DNA of 64,000 bases. It comes from Tubiluchus corallicola (lineage: Eukaryota > Animalia > Priapulida). A program made the position numbers and the translations under genes. The stretch covers positions 20,040 through 84,039 of the forward strand of contig JAQGDQ010000885.1 of NCBI GenBank assembly GCA_030141605.1, written 5' to 3'. Positions 43,834 to 57,656 of this stretch are shown here, in pieces (positions within the stretch are counted from its first letter, which is position 1; every line of letters begins with the position of its first letter). The notes beneath the pieces were generated by a model that worked only from the letters and a program-made list of their open reading frames with translations, had not been told where the DNA came from and did no database searches.

Positions 43834-46344
43834 ATGGAATGCAAACTATTTGAAGTGCTGTTCTTACTTTTTACAATTGCGAGATTCAGCTTAGGTGAAT
43901 ACTGGATAAAAGGGCGCATCACAGGCGGCATTGCACCTCAAAAAGCATGCCACCGTGCACATTATGACCAGGTCTACGAAATGACAGTTGCGGAAACGTT
44001 ATTTAAGAGAGGAAACAGAATGTATTTGGGTATTAAGGACTATTGGGATACAAATAAACTAAACTATGGAGTACCTTACCTTACTGAAGCAACAATAAAC
44101 GGTATGCGTACTGACCATCAGTTGTTTTGGGCAGGAACTGACAGGTCATGGAAAACAGTAACACGGGGTCCTTATATAGAGTACACGGCAAATACAAAAA
44201 TTGAGAGTTATCTGTTACAATATAAACGTAATCAACTTCAACAGGAAAAACCAAAGCTTTTATTGAAGTTTAAATGCTTAGGATGCTGGGAAACTCGGAG
44301 CCATTGGTCCGATTATGCAAAGTACTGTGATGCCAGCAAACCTGACCTTTGGATTGAAATTACACTGACCCTTGTAATAGAGCCCGAGGATCAATATCCT
44401 CCTACATTCAACTTCAACTCCGGCAGGATACTATCTCTTGCCGAAGACACTCCAATTGGCTCGCGATTGTGGAAATTTCCCGCCGAAGACTTGGACGGAT
44501 TTTCATACGCAAGGAATTTTATCATATGCATGGGCGAACTTGTGAAATCACCTGGCAAGTTTAACTGCACGGGAGAGGAATATTTTCAAGGTAAAACTAC
44601 AGAAGAGGATGTTAGCTCTTATCAACCAACAAAGAAACTTGACTTTTCTGTTTATCTGAAGAAGAATGTACACTACGAATTCACGAAAAATCTCAAGTTA
44701 AATCTCTGGTTGATACCCAAGATCAAGTTCAGAAAACCACAAACTGATCCGAATGCTTTGCCATCTTTTAGAGGGCCTAGAATGCTTAGCCTTGATGTTA
44801 GTATAGATAATGCAAATAACGAGAATCCCAAATTTTCTCACTATCTGTATCAGGTCAGATTGGATGAAATGAATTTTGTCGGACCACTGAAAGTTGAACC
44901 AGCAAAGATTGAAGCAAAGGACAAAGATGGACTAGGAAATGTTGTGATTTTCTCTTTTCCGTATCCAAGCCAATTAGAAAACAAATTTAAAATAGATGAA
45001 GTAAATGGTGAAATTACGGCTGTTCAACACCTTCCTGCATCAGTTGTTTACCACACTCTTGTTCAAGCAACAGAACGTGATGATGCTACACATTATGACA
45101 GAGCACTCTTATCTGTTGAAATCAGACAAAATGCCGTAAATTTCAAAAAAAAAAGTTTTTCAGTCGATGTGTTTGAACACGAACCTGATGACACAATGAT
45201 ATTATTAGTGCCTGCTCTTATTGGTAATTCAGAAATGCACCCCTCCTATACATTAAAGACAAAGCAGGGTGTGGCGGTAAATGACTTTAGTTTAATCGTA
45301 AATAAACTGCAAAATGCAAGTACATCAATCTTAGGTCTGGTTCTAGTTTCAAAGCTAAATGAAGGTATTAAGGATCACTACGAACTTGCTGTATTGGTTC
45401 ACAATACTGAAACACATTGGCAAGTAGGAACTGTTAATGTTACTGTTGATGTGAGAAATGCAGCACTGAAAAATCCCATGTTTGTTCAAAATTCCTACGT
45501 GTTCAACAGTACAGGAGTTGCTGGATCATATATTGGTCAAGTAAAAGCAACCTTTGAAACTCACAATAATGCACAGATATTATACACAATTTTAAGCAAC
45601 AAAAATATCGCTCGAATTAACCCCGAAGGAAAGATTACACTGAATGTAGACGCAACAGGAAAGATGGTGGTTGGCTTAAGTGCTTGCTTGGCTGGATCAA
45701 ATAGCAAAAATCGATGTGGTTATGCTGTAGCAATAATTACATCACCGACTGCAGGTAACTCAACATTGACTGACCCAGAACTGCTAGTGTCAAGCACACC
45801 AAGTGTTTCTTCTGGACTTGTACTAATGATTCTAGTTATTGTGGTATTGTTTGGTGTAATAGTTGTTCTATTGGTTTTTCTGATCAGACAAAGAAGGTCG
45901 GACATTAGCACTAGTTCTGGTGACGAGACAAAAAAGGAAGGTGCAGCAAAAGACGCTTCTGCCAAGGGTGACAAAGCGGAGACGGATGCTGAAATAGTTG
46001 TTAATTCAATTAATGAAGAAGAAATGGAAGAGCTTGCTGATACTGGTTTTACTTCAAATGAAAAGGTTTTAAAAAGATATGAAAAAGAAGATGGTGTGGA
46101 AACAGAAGATGTGTCACAAAAAAGAAGTGATGCAGAAAAGCATACCGATATTGAAGCTACTACTGTAAAAGCAGATGAAGCAAAAGAGCATGCTGAAACA
46201 AAGAATGATTCAATAAAAAGAAAAAAGGCGGACGTTGAGGTTACTTCTGTAGAGGAAGAAGAGATGGAAGATTATAATTCAGGAAATATTTTGGCAGAAA
46301 CAATTGAGACGGTGTCAGGCAGTCTCATTGGAGGAAAGAATTAG
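43834..46344 (+). CDS. Cadherin-like type-I membrane protein, copy 3 (836 aa)
   Basis: Same architecture; the most diverged N-terminal domain of the three. Confidence 0.9.
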   Translation: MECKLFEVLFLLFTIARFSLGEYWIKGRITGGIAPQKACHRAHYDQVYEMTVAETLFKRGNRMYLGIKDYWDTNKLNYGVPYLTEATINGMRTDHQLFWAGTDRSWKTVTRGPYIEYTANTKIESYLLQYKRNQLQQEKPKLLLKFKCLGCWETRSHWSDYAKYCDASKPDLWIEITLTLVIEPEDQYPPTFNFNSGRILSLAEDTPIGSRLWKFPAEDLDGFSYARNFIICMGELVKSPGKFNCTGEEYFQGKTTEEDVSSYQPTKKLDFSVYLKKNVHYEFTKNLKLNLWLIPKIKFRKPQTDPNALPSFRGPRMLSLDVSIDNANNENPKFSHYLYQVRLDEMNFVGPLKVEPAKIEAKDKDGLGNVVIFSFPYPSQLENKFKIDEVNGEITAVQHLPASVVYHTLVQATERDDATHYDRALLSVEIRQNAVNFKKKSFSVDVFEHEPDDTMILLVPALIGNSEMHPSYTLKTKQGVAVNDFSLIVNKLQNASTSILGLVLVSKLNEGIKDHYELAVLVHNTETHWQVGTVNVTVDVRNAALKNPMFVQNSYVFNSTGVAGSYIGQVKATFETHNNAQILYTILSNKNIARINPEGKITLNVDATGKMVVGLSACLAGSNSKNRCGYAVAIITSPTAGNSTLTDPELLVSSTPSVSSGLVLMILVIVVLFGVIVVLLVFLIRQRRSDISTSSGDETKKEGAAKDASAKGDKAETDAEIVVNSINEEEMEELADTGFTSNEKVLKRYEKEDGVETEDVSQKRSDAEKHTDIEATTVKADEAKEHAETKNDSIKRKKADVEVTSVEEEEMEDYNSGNILAETIETVSGSLIGGKN

Positions 46345-46410
46345 TTGTTATTATAAGTATAATTTAACGGAACAGAAAACACTTTTACTGTCTTTTCTTA
46401 TGTTTACCAG

Positions 46411-47030
46411 TTTTTTTAAACATGCTTTAGTTGCTTTAGATCGCTTTGTTTTCATCAGTTTTTTGAAATCTGCTTTTATTCCTTTTCAGGTATTGTTTTT
46501 ATTTTTAAAAATAAATTTGCTTTTTTTGCCTAAGTTCTTTTTTGCTGCCCTAGATGTTGTGTAAGTTTTTTAAACATGCTTTAGTTGCTTTAGATCGCTT
46601 TGTTTTCATCAGTTTTTTGAAATCTGCTTTTATTCCTTTTCAGGTATTGTTTTTATTTTTAAAAATAAATTTGCTTTTTTTGCCTAAGTTCTTTTTTGCT
46701 GCCCTAGATGTTGTGTAAGTTTTTTAAACATGTTTAGTTGCTTTAGATCGCTTTGTTTTCATCAGTTTTTTGAAATCTGCTTTTATTCCTTTTCAGGTAT
46801 TGTTTTTATTTTTAAAAATAAATTTGCTTTGTTTTGCCTAAGTTCTTTTTTGCTGCCCTAGATGTTGTGTAAGTTTTTTAAACATGGTTTAATTGTTTTA
46901 GATCGCTTTGTATTCATCAGTTTTTTTAAACATGCTTTTATTCCTTTTCAGGTATTGTTTTTATTTTTAAAAATAAATTTGCATTGTTTTGCCTAAGTTC
47001 TTTTTTGCTGCACTAGATGTTGTGTAAGTT
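46411..47030 (+). repeat. About 154-bp tandem repeat (4 units) in the putative 3' UTR of copy 3
   Basis: Unit AAACATG...AATAAATTTGC...GATGTTGTGTAAG; 2 units after copy 2 and a partial unit after copy 1. Confidence 0.9.
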
Positions 47031-47394
47031 ACATTCAGTGAAATTTAGCAGACCTCTCACTTTTGACTAAAGTGTGAGAAATAGACATCCATCACATCGT
47101 ACCCAAATGTTTTAGCAACGAAAGAAAGGTTTCCTGCCTACTGATGTGATCTAATAGGAAACTGCATGAAATGAATTAACGTTACACACTATTGCGGGCG
47201 CCAGGGGGTGTGCAGGTTTGTGAAGACTGCCGAGAAGTCAACCTACAGGCGCTGCATACCTACAAAGGACTACACAAAAGAGCAAAAAGACAAGAGCTTA
47301 TAGGTAATTGTAAAAACTATACTATGTAGTCCCTGAATTCAACTTTTTCTGTTGGTTAGAGAAATACGAAAACTGCCTTTTCTTTACTGGAAAA

Positions 47395-47728
47395 CAGCAT
47401 TTACTAGAAAAGCCACAGAAAGTACAGCAGCTTTATATGAAACATTGTTGTACCATGTATGGGAGCTGTACCATGCACAGCTAGTACACAGCATTTCCTA
47501 GATGTACCACAGCAAGTACAGCAGCTTTATATAAAACATTGTTGTACCATGTATGGGAGCTGTACCATGTACAGCTAGTACACAGCATTTCCTAGATGTA
47601 CCACAGCAAGTACAGCAGCTTTATATAAAACATTGTTGTACCATGTATGGGAGCTGTACCATGCACAGCAAGTACACAGCATTTACTAGATATACCACAG
47701 CATGTACAGCAGCTTTATATAAAACATA
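47395..47728 (+). repeat. About 94-bp tandem repeat
   Basis: CAGCATTT...AGTACAGCAGCTTTATAT...TGTACCATG repeated 3-4 times; expanded from a single unit present in units 1 and 2. Confidence 0.85.
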
Positions 47729-48237
47729 TATTTGTTTAAAATTAAAATAATTAAATAGCACATCATGTTGTTATTATGTTTTGAGATTTAAGAGCTTACT
47801 GCAAAATTTCCCGTTGTGTTTTAATTTTAAATACAAAATAACAATTATGTACATCCTTTAAATCTGTATCTTCCTCACATTTTGATTTTAAACAAAATTA
47901 GAATGTATAGTTAATGCGTTAAAAATTATTTGGTATGTGTCATGGCGCCTTATTTATATGCTTGCTCCCCCTAACTTTCGAACCTGGCTAATCCCGTGAC
48001 AAGGAAGCCTACATTCGAGTGCCCAACAGTTTAACCTTGAATGGATTACAGCATTTCCTGCCTAATCCGTTCAATTTTAAATTTTCACATTTTACAATCA
48101 CAACATAAAACATCGCTAATTCTTTAAGTATAAATACCTCTGGCACATACACAAGTAGGCAGAAAATAACGTATTTTAAGTGTTATTACTAGAGTAATAC
48201 TAGAGTAACTAAATGTAGCTATGCCAGCAGCTTAAGA

Positions 48238-48696
48238 CAGGGGTGTGCAAATTATCTTACTAGCCAGTCCACATTAAACTTTCCCACAATTCCTGCGGGT
48301 CACATACAGTTTGATCAAGGAGCCAAGTACAGAAAGGCCTAATAACGATTTTTTGCATCCGACCTGCGTACATCATTACTACTACACTCAAGAAACTATT
48401 TTAGAAGTTATTAAAATTTATATTACAAACCGTATATTTCTAAATTCAGGACATATAGTGGTATTTTCATTACAATGCATATTAGTAATGTGTATCACAC
48501 AGTCTGTGTAGTACAATGACATTAAGCTACAACCGTCTTGTAAGGGTTAATGGCATTCGATCTAGTAAAAAAAACTACCCGCACTATCTTTGGGATCGTG
48601 GCACGGACTTCAGCTGGATACACTCAATTAATCGCCCGGGCCGCACTTTCATTAGGTTGACAAATCTCTTCGCTGGCCGCAATTTGCACACCCCTG
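48238..48696. mobile_element. hAT-type MITE
   Basis: TIRs CAGGGGTGTGCAAATT / AATTTGCACACCCCTG with a perfect 8-bp TSD GCTTAAGA. Confidence 0.92.
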
Positions 48697-49077
48697 GCTT
48701 AAGAGCATTACTTTTGTTAATACAGCAGAATACAGTGAAAAAGTCTGCATGCTGAAAATCAAATACTTTTCAGCAGTTAGTAGTGAGCGTTCAGCATTTA
48801 AATGACATGCGTTTTTTATCACTAAAATAGTTTTGAATATTATGCAATCAGCACCGGTTAGCTGCAATTTCTGTAAAATTTTCAAACAAATTATTACTGT
48901 TTTTATTGCAGAACAAAATCGAGCAATATGCATGATCATTGTGAGACTGCCTTTTATTAATGATTCGAGAATCTTTAAAACTGAATTTGATTCCCATTCG
49001 AGAATTCCGAAATTCGTTTTGATTCGAAAGTGTGAAAATCACGAATTCGATTCAAACTTTGGTAGAGAACGCTCGTC

Positions 49078-49240
49078 CTGTCAGCAACACTACAAGTACC
49101 TCTGTCAGCAACACTACAAGTACCTCTGTCAGCAACACTACAAGTACCTCTGTCAGCAACACTACAAGTACCTCTGTCAGCAACACTACAAGTACCTCTG
49201 TCAGCAACACTACAAGTACCTCTGTCAGCAACACTACAAG
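49078..49240 (+). repeat. 24-bp minisatellite, about 7 units
   Basis: CTGTCAGCAACACTACAAGTACCT. Confidence 0.95.
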
Positions 49241-50074
49241 GACATATTACAATATGGTAGCCTTATTAGTTACAGACAAACACACAAGTAACAATGATAT
49301 TATGTACATGTACATCTACCTAACACGAAGGCTTATGTTGTTAAAAAATGCTACTAACGTTAAAAAAAAGTGATACAGGTACAATCACGGGACCTTCTAC
49401 ACATATGAAGTTAAGCAACACTGGGTTTCATTCTGATCCATAAATGGATGTTTGGAAAATCACATTTATGTGGTCTAACCTGCCAAACTGCTTCTGGTCA
49501 TTAATTTTGAAGTGGACATACAAAAATCCGAATGTGGTAAGATGACTCTGCCACTTCAGTGAAGCACTATGTGACTATGCCAGCCGAGGCCGTACACTTA
49601 GTGACAGTATCATGGCCTATCATGGCCTACTTTATAAACAATGATGTTGTCTGATGTATGATTTACAACAATGATACACTTCCCATCCTCCCTCATTGAG
49701 GTAACTGGGAGAAGAAGGCATGCAAATTATTCTCAAGTACTTTTGACAACAGTCCAAAGAATACAACGGAAGGGTTCATTACCAGTGAACAACTCATCGT
49801 ACACTTCACATGACTGGCTCATCACTGCCTAAGTTTGATACTTTGAGTGGTTTCATTTGCAGTGGAGATTGTGATTGTCTACCTCACAAAAAAGGTATAC
49901 ATACATCTAAACATGTCCATGGTGCCATTGCCAGTGGCTCATATTAAAGGGATATCCTCAGTAATGATGAGAACGGGATATCATATTTTAACAGTAACTA
50001 TTTATGTCTTACGATCACAGCAAATTTAATTCTAGGACAAAATGTAGCTGTGTAAAAGCAAAACGTAAATGTTA

Positions 50075-50910
50075 AGCCAGATTTTCACGGAATCTGAACA
50101 ATTTTTTGCGATGATGGAAAATTTTCTTAGTCCGGCAGTCACCAAAAAATTTTCCTGACATGTTTATTGCCCAGATCGCAAATCATTTGTGAAGCTGTAA
50201 CTAATTTCCCACGATTTTCGACACGTCTTTGCAAATTTCAGGCTTTTTCTCGGGCCAAGTTCCGGAGAACGTTGAACGAAATTTGCACGATACATTTGCG
50301 CACATCTGGCTACTCCTGTGACAATTTGCTTAAGTATATCGAGATCATTTCACTACTATTTCACCAGAATTTTGGCAGAAGGAAATGCGGGGCAACTGAG
50401 CATCTGCAAGATGTCGGCAAAATGTTCGAAAATTAGATGAAAAATCGTCGCAGTATTCTCAAATTGTCTTAAGCATCTGAAAATGTCGCAAAGCTTTTGT
50501 GAATTGTAAAATTGTTGACAAATATCGTGAATAACTGCCAGCATATAAATACTTTCCTAAATTAGCCGGCAACTAATGATGTCATTAATTAACTATGACC
50601 GTGAATTCTGACAATTGCAGTCGTAATTAACTAATAATTAGCAACGTGTTTGTGCAGGTTTGGTGCATGTTTAGACAACTTTACGACGGTTTGAAGAAGT
50701 TTTGGCGAGGTGGGGAGTTTTGTGACTCTGGCAACAAACTTTAAACATTTAAAAAAAAAAATTGCGGAAACCAGGAATCTTTTGGTGACAACGGTGTGCA
50801 CCCGCGAATGTTTGGCGAGTACATGGGGATTTTTGGAGCATATTTGATGACTGCTGGATGTAAAAATTTTCACATAGTCGCCAAAGTCGCGAATTCGGTG
50901 AAACCTGGCT
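50075..50910. mobile_element. PIF/Harbinger-like non-autonomous element
   Basis: Imperfect TIRs AGCCAGATTTTCACGGAA / TTCGGTGAAACCTGGCT flanked by TTA on both sides. Confidence 0.7.
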
Positions 50911-51288
50911 TTAGTCAATATTGCTACCTGACTAAAAATACGCTTTTAAATTAAACTTAATTTAAGAGTAAAATCACGATAATGCCAAATAACACTTGTT
51001 CTTCTACACCATGATCTAATTATTTACAATAAAACTAGAGAACAATGTACTGCAAAATATTCACATTAACAAAATAATTATTTTTAAAATGGATTCACTT
51101 GCCAAAAATACCGTAAGACTGTATAACACAAAAGCTTGAAATGATATAATCATTTCCAAAATTTACAAAGTTGACACAGGCCATTGTCAATAACCTACAT
51201 GTTAAATTTACAACTAAATAAATTAATTTTTCATAATATTTAAGTTATTTCTACATGAGCATCAATGTGGAATCTTCATAATTTCATA

Positions 51289-53055
51289 CTAATTAAGTAG
51301 CTGCGATTTCTCCTGCAGATATGAAATTGGATATGTGGCCCCCTCTTTTTTACCTACTAAGGTATATACGTTAGTATCGGTCTTCCCTTTTACTTTAAGC
51401 AGTGAACGATATTTAAATTCATATATTTCACTTAACACGTTTATACAGTCTTCGGGTACTTGTATATGTTCGGACACTCCGGTACTGTCCATGCGCGAAG
51501 GCATATTCACGGTGTCATCCCAAATGTCATATAGTAGTTTTGTGGTGCCGATCACGCCTGCCGTTACTTCACCAAAATAATATCCGATGCGCATGATGAA
51601 TTTGAATTCTAGCAAAGATTCGTTAAAAATTTTCAGAGTTTTTTGCATTTCAATAGCTCAAACAAATGAGCGTATTTGTGGGTGTTTCGCAAGTTGGGAT
51701 TCAGTCGGGAAGCAGCCATAAACGTGCTGCCTATCGTTTTGATCTTTTCCACACTCACAAACTCTGGCCTATCAAGAAGTTCATCGAAATCGCCGACGAC
51801 CTCGTTCAGAACACGCAGATACTCTCGTCCGCCCTAGAAGCTCTCGTCATACATTTCCGAAAAGTTCCGAAAGCTCGCGAAGATGACTCCGACACATTCG
51901 TGGTTGCGGGAATATTTGCACGTGTTTTTCAGACTATCAGTGACGTACTCTGGAATGATGTTGTGCAACAACCAGTCGGCTTGGTTCTTCAGTGTCTGAA
52001 TCTTTTCTTTATCTTTCGTGGCTTCCACATCGGCATGGTAACAGAGGCGGTAACTTATTTCGAGCTCCCGATTCAGAAAAAAGACCAAGATTAGCAAAAG
52101 CATGATATCAAGAACAATCTCCACCTTCAAGCTATCATTTCTAGAAAGCAGTCCCGCCGAGCTTTCTCCGTGAAATAGGCCATTCTTTGTTCCGAGGGAG
52201 CTATCGGTAGAATTGCTCAAGAGGGAGTCCGGCAAAAATGGAGTGATATTTAACAGGACCAATAATGCGATGCCTAGTTTCAAATCAACATGATCATTAC
52301 ACAAGATATTCAGTCGAAAACTATGTACTCCCCCTTCCAAAAACAAATATAATGAAACAGTCATCAAAATATAATGCTATTAAAATATGGTCATCAATTC
52401 CGCGTGAAATGAAAACTCTTAATCTTTATCAATTTAAAAAAGCATCAGAAAATTACCTACTACAACGGTATAATTAACTCACAATTTTACTCATCCTGAT
52501 CTTAAGTTACTAACAAAACTTATTTTGTTCTAATGTAAATTATAACTGATGAAAATGTAATGTTAATTGTCAATTGTTTCACTTATCTGGATGAGGACTC
52601 GAAAGCTAAATGCTCCTTCCTCCTCCTCACAGTAACTCGCATAGTTTACGTTTTTTCAATGTTATATCAATTTATATGTATGTTTGAGTTGCTGTGGAAT
52701 AAATTCATAATTCATAATTCAAAATTCCTACGAGCATGGCTAGAAAGGACTTCATCCAGCAAGTGAGTTGTGTAAAATTGCAATAATGCAAAATCGTAAT
52801 AAGCACCACGTAACAATAAAATCTCGACACGGCCGAATTCTGCAACGAGGGACAGTAGAAGTTCCTGATCACGGACCAGTGATGGAATACTGATGACGAT
52901 GGCGCCCATGACGTGTCGAGCTCTCCAACCGGCAAAGAAGTACGATAACTTGGCAAAACACTGAGACATTGCATCGGTACAAAACACGTCCCTTGACAGA
53001 GGAACGATGAAAACGATCTCAAAGAACATTGCGACAGGAAAGAATATTTGATGAA
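51289..53055 (-). pseudogene. ADCY9: Intronless adenylate cyclase type 9-like pseudogene (second TM block plus C2 catalytic domain)
   Basis: [98 protein letters not shown]; in-frame TAG near 51834, frameshifts, LINE insertion, no introns. Confidence 0.88.
52277..52720 (+). mobile_element. 3' fragment of a CR1/L2-group LINE interrupting the ADCY9 pseudogene
   Basis: HDHYTRYS...LPLPKTNIMKQSSKYNAIKIWSSIPREMK is a CR1/L2-type ORF2 end; AATAAA near 52698; ADCY9 sequence resumes on both sides. Confidence 0.75.
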
Positions 53056-53059
53056 GAAT

Positions 53060-56000
53060 ATGATGTCAGTACAGTACGACGTCAGTATAGTGTGATGTCA
53101 GCACAGTACGACGTCAGTACTGTACGACGTCAGTATAGTGTGATGTCAGCACAGTACGACGTCAGTACTGTACGACGTCAGTATAGTGTGATGTCAGCAC
53201 AGTACGATGTCAGTACAGTACGACGTCAGTATAGTGTGATGTCAGCACAGTACGACGTCAGTACTGTACGACGTCAGTATAGTGTGATGTCAGCACAGTA
53301 CGACGTCAGTATAGTGTGATGTCAGCACAGTACGATGTCAGTACAGTACGACGTCAGTACAGTGTGATGTCAGCACAGTACGATGTCAGCACAGTACGAC
53401 GTCAGTACAGTGTGATGTCAGCACAGTATGATGTCAGTACAGTACGACGTCAGTACAGTGTGATGTCAGCACAGTACGATGTCAGCACAGTACGACGTCA
53501 GTATAGTGTGATGTCAGCACAGTACGACGTCAGTACTGTACGACGTCAGTATAGTGTGATGTCAGCACAGTACGATGTCAGTACAGTACGACGTCAGTAC
53601 AGTGTGATGTCAGCACAGTATGATGTCAGTACAGTACGACGTCAGTACAGTGTGATGTCAGCACAGTACGATGTCAGCACAGTATGATGTCAGTACAGTA
53701 CGACGTCAGTACAGTGTGATGTCAGCACAGTACGATGTCAGCACAGTATGATGTCAGCACAGTATGATGTCAGTACAGTACGACGTCAGTATAGTGTGAT
53801 GTCAGCACAGTACGACGTCAGTACTGTACGACGTCAGTATAGTGTGATGTCAGCACAGTACGACGTCAGTACAGTACGACGTCAGTACAGTGTGATGTCA
53901 GCACAGTACGATGTCAGTACAGTACGACGTCAGTACAGTGTGATGTCAGCACAGTACGATGTCAGCACAGTATGATGTCAGTACAGTACGACGTCAGTAC
54001 AGTGTGATGTCAGCACAGTACGATGTCAGCACAGTACGACGTCAGTACAGTACGACGTCAGTACAGTGTGATGTCAGTACAGTACGATGTCAGTACAGTA
54101 CGACGTCAGTACAGTGTGATGTCAGCACAGTATGATGTCAGTACAGTACGACGTCAGTATAGTGTGATGTCAGCACAGTACGACGTCAGTACTGTACGAC
54201 GTCAGTATAGTGTGATGTCAGCACAGTACGACGTCAGTACAGCACGACGTCAGTACAGTGTGATGTCAGCACAGTACGATGTCAGTACTGTACGACGTCA
54301 GTATAGTGTGATGTCAGCACAGTATGATGTCAGTACAGTACGATGTCAGCACAGTATGATGTCAGCACAGTATGATGTCAGCACAGTATGATGTCAGTAC
54401 AGTACGACGTCAGTATAGTGTGATGTCAGCACAGTACGACGTCAGTACTGTACGACGTCAGTATAGGGTGATGTCAGCACAGTACGACGTCAGTACAGTA
54501 CGACGTCAGTACAGTGTGATGTCAGTACAGTGTGATGTCAGCACAGTATGATGTCAGTACAGTGTGATGTCAGTACAGTATGATGTCAGTACAGTACGAT
54601 GTCAGCACAGTACGACGTCAGTACAGTGTGATGTCAGCACAGTACGATGTCAGCACAGTACGACGTCAGTACAGTACGGCGTCAGTACAGTGTGATGTCA
54701 CTACAGTACGACGTCAGTACAGTACGGCGTCAGTACAGTGTGATGTCAGCACAGTACGATGTCAGCACAGTATGATGTCAGTACAGTATGATGTCAGTAC
54801 AGTACGGCGTCAGTACAGTGTGATGTCAGCACAGTACGATGTCAGCACAGTACGACGTCAGTACAGTATGATGTCAGCACAGTATGATGTCAGTACAGTA
54901 CGATGTCAGTACAGTATGATGTCAGCACAGTACGACGTCAGTACAGTACGGCGTCAGTACAGTGTGATGTCAGCACAGTATGATGTCAGTACAGTATGAT
55001 GTCAGTACAGTACGACGTCAGTACAGTGTGATGTCAGCACAGTACGATGTCAGCACAGTATGATGTCAGTACAGTATGATGTCAGTACAGTATGATGTCA
55101 GTACAGTACGATGTCAGTACAGTATGATGTCAGCACAGTACGACGTCAGTACAGTACGACGTCAGTACAGTGTGATGTCAGCACAGTGTGATGTCAGCAC
55201 AGTATGATGTCAGTACAGTATGATGTCAGCACAGTATGATGTCAGTACAGTACGACGTCAGTACAGTGTGATGTCAGCACAGTATGATGTCAGTACAGTA
55301 CGACGTCAGTATAGTGTGATGTCAGCACAGTACGACGTCAGTACTGTACGACGTCAGTATAGTGTGATGTCAGCACAGTACGACGTCAGTACAGTACGAC
55401 GTCAGTACAGTGTGATGTCAGCACAGTACGATGTCAGTACTGTACGACGTCAGTATAGTGTGATGTCAGCACAGTATGATGTCAGTACAGTACGATGTCA
55501 GCACAGTATGGTGTCAGCACAGTATGATGTCAGCACAGTATGATGTCAGTACAGTACGACGTCAGTATAGTGTGATGTCAGCACAGTACGACGTCAGTAC
55601 TGTACGACGTCAGTATAGTGTGATGTCAGCACAGTACGACGTCAGTACAGTACGACGTCAGTATAGTATGATGTCAGCACAGTATGATGTCAGCACAGTA
55701 CGATGTCAGTACAGTACGACGTCAGTACAGTGTGATGTCAGCACAGTACGATGTCAGTACAGTACGGCGTCAGTACAGTGTGATGTCAGCACAGTACGAT
55801 GTCAGCACAGTATGATGTCAGCACACTACGACGTCAGCACAGTATGATGTCAGTACAGTACGACTTCAGTACAGTGTGATGTCAACACAGTATGATGTCA
55901 GCACAGTACGATGTCAGTACAGTATGATGTCAGTACAGTATGATGTCAGCACAGTACGATGTCAGCACAGTACGACGTCAGTACAGTATGATGTCAGCAC

Positions 56001-57656
56001 AGTGTGATGTCAGCACAGTACGATGTCAGCACAGTATGATGTCAGCACAGTACGACGTCAGTACAGTGTGATGTCAGCACAGTATGATGTCAGTACAGTA
56101 CGATGTCAGCACAGTACGACGTCAGTACATTGTGATGTCAGCACAGTGTGATGTCAGCACAGTACGACGTCAGCACAGTATGATGTCAGCACAGTACGAC
56201 GTCAGTACAGTGTGATGTCAGCACAGTACGACGTCAGTACAGTACGACGTCAGCACAGTATGATGTCAGTACAGTACGTTGTCAGCACAGTACGACGTCA
56301 GTACAGTACGACGTCAGTACAGTGTGATGTCAGCACAGTGTGATGTCAGTACAGTGTGATGTCAGCACAGTACGACGTCAGTACAGTATGATGTCAGCAC
56401 AGTACGATGTCAGCACAGTATGATGTCAGTACAGTGTGATGTCAGCACAGTACGATGTCAGCACAGTATGATGTCAGTACAGTACGATGCCAGCACAGTA
56501 TGATGTCAGCACAGTATGATGTCAGCACAGTATGATGCCAGCACAGTATGATGTCAGCACAGTATGATGTCAGCACAGTGTGATGTCAGCACAGTACGAC
56601 GTCAGTACAGTACGACGTCAGCACATTATGATGTCAGTACAGTACGATGTCAGTACAGTGTGATGTCAGCACAGTATGATGTCAGCACATTATGATGTCA
56701 GTACAGTACGGCGTCAGCACAGTACGACGTCAGTACAGTGTGATGTCAGCACAGTATGATGTCAGCACATTATGATGTCAGTACAGTACGATGTCAGTAC
56801 AGTGTGATGTCAGCACAGTACGACGTCAGTACAGTACGATGCCAGCACATTATGATGTCAGCACAGTATGATGTCAGTACAGTATGATGTCAGCACAGTA
56901 TGATGTCAGTACAGTATGATGTCAGCACAGTATGATGTCAGTACAGTACGATGTCAGTACAGTGTGATGTCAGCACAGTATGATGTCAGTACAGTATGAT
57001 GTCAGCACAGTATGACGTCAGTACAGTACGATGTCAGCACAGTATGATGTCAGTACAGTATGATGTCAGCACAGTACGATGTCAGTACAGTGTGATGTCA
57101 GCACAGTATGATGTCAGTACAGTACGATGTCAGCACAGTATGATGTCAGTACAGTATGATGTCAGTACAGTATGATGTCAGCACAGTACGACGTCAGCAC
57201 AGTATGATGTCAGCACAGTATGATGTCAGTACAGTACGATGTCAGCACAGTGTGATGTCAGCACAGTATGATGTCAGTACAGTACGATGTCAGCACAGTA
57301 TGATGTCAGCACAGTGTGATGTCAGTACATTATGACGTCAGTACATTATGATGTCAGTACAGTGTGATGTCAGCACAGTACGATGTCAGCACAGTACGAT
57401 GTCAGTACAGTACGATGTCAGTACAGTACGATGTCAGCACAGTACGATGTCAGCACAGTATGACGTCAGCACAGTATGACGTCAGTACAGTGTGATGTCA
57501 GCACAGTATGATGTCAGCACAGTATGATGTCAGCACAGTATGATGTCAGCACAGTGTGACGTCAGCACATTATGATGTCAGCACAGTATGATGTCAGCAC
57601 AGTATGATGTCAGTACAGTGTGATGTCAGTACATTATGACGTCAGTACATTATGAT
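53060..57656 (+). repeat. 16-bp satellite of about 4.6 kb, with a 48-bp higher-order unit in the left part
   Basis: Consensus TA(C/T)GA(C/T)GTCAG(C/T)ACAG, about 290 units. Confidence 0.97.

Noticed and set aside
52700-53200. Functional link between the CRE-like satellite and the adjacent adenylate cyclase sequence
   Set aside because: The ADCY9 copy is a broken fragment, so the adjacency is most likely coincidence.
53029-55847. MSAQYDVSTVRRQYSV repeat ORFs
   Set aside because: Satellite translation with scattered stops.
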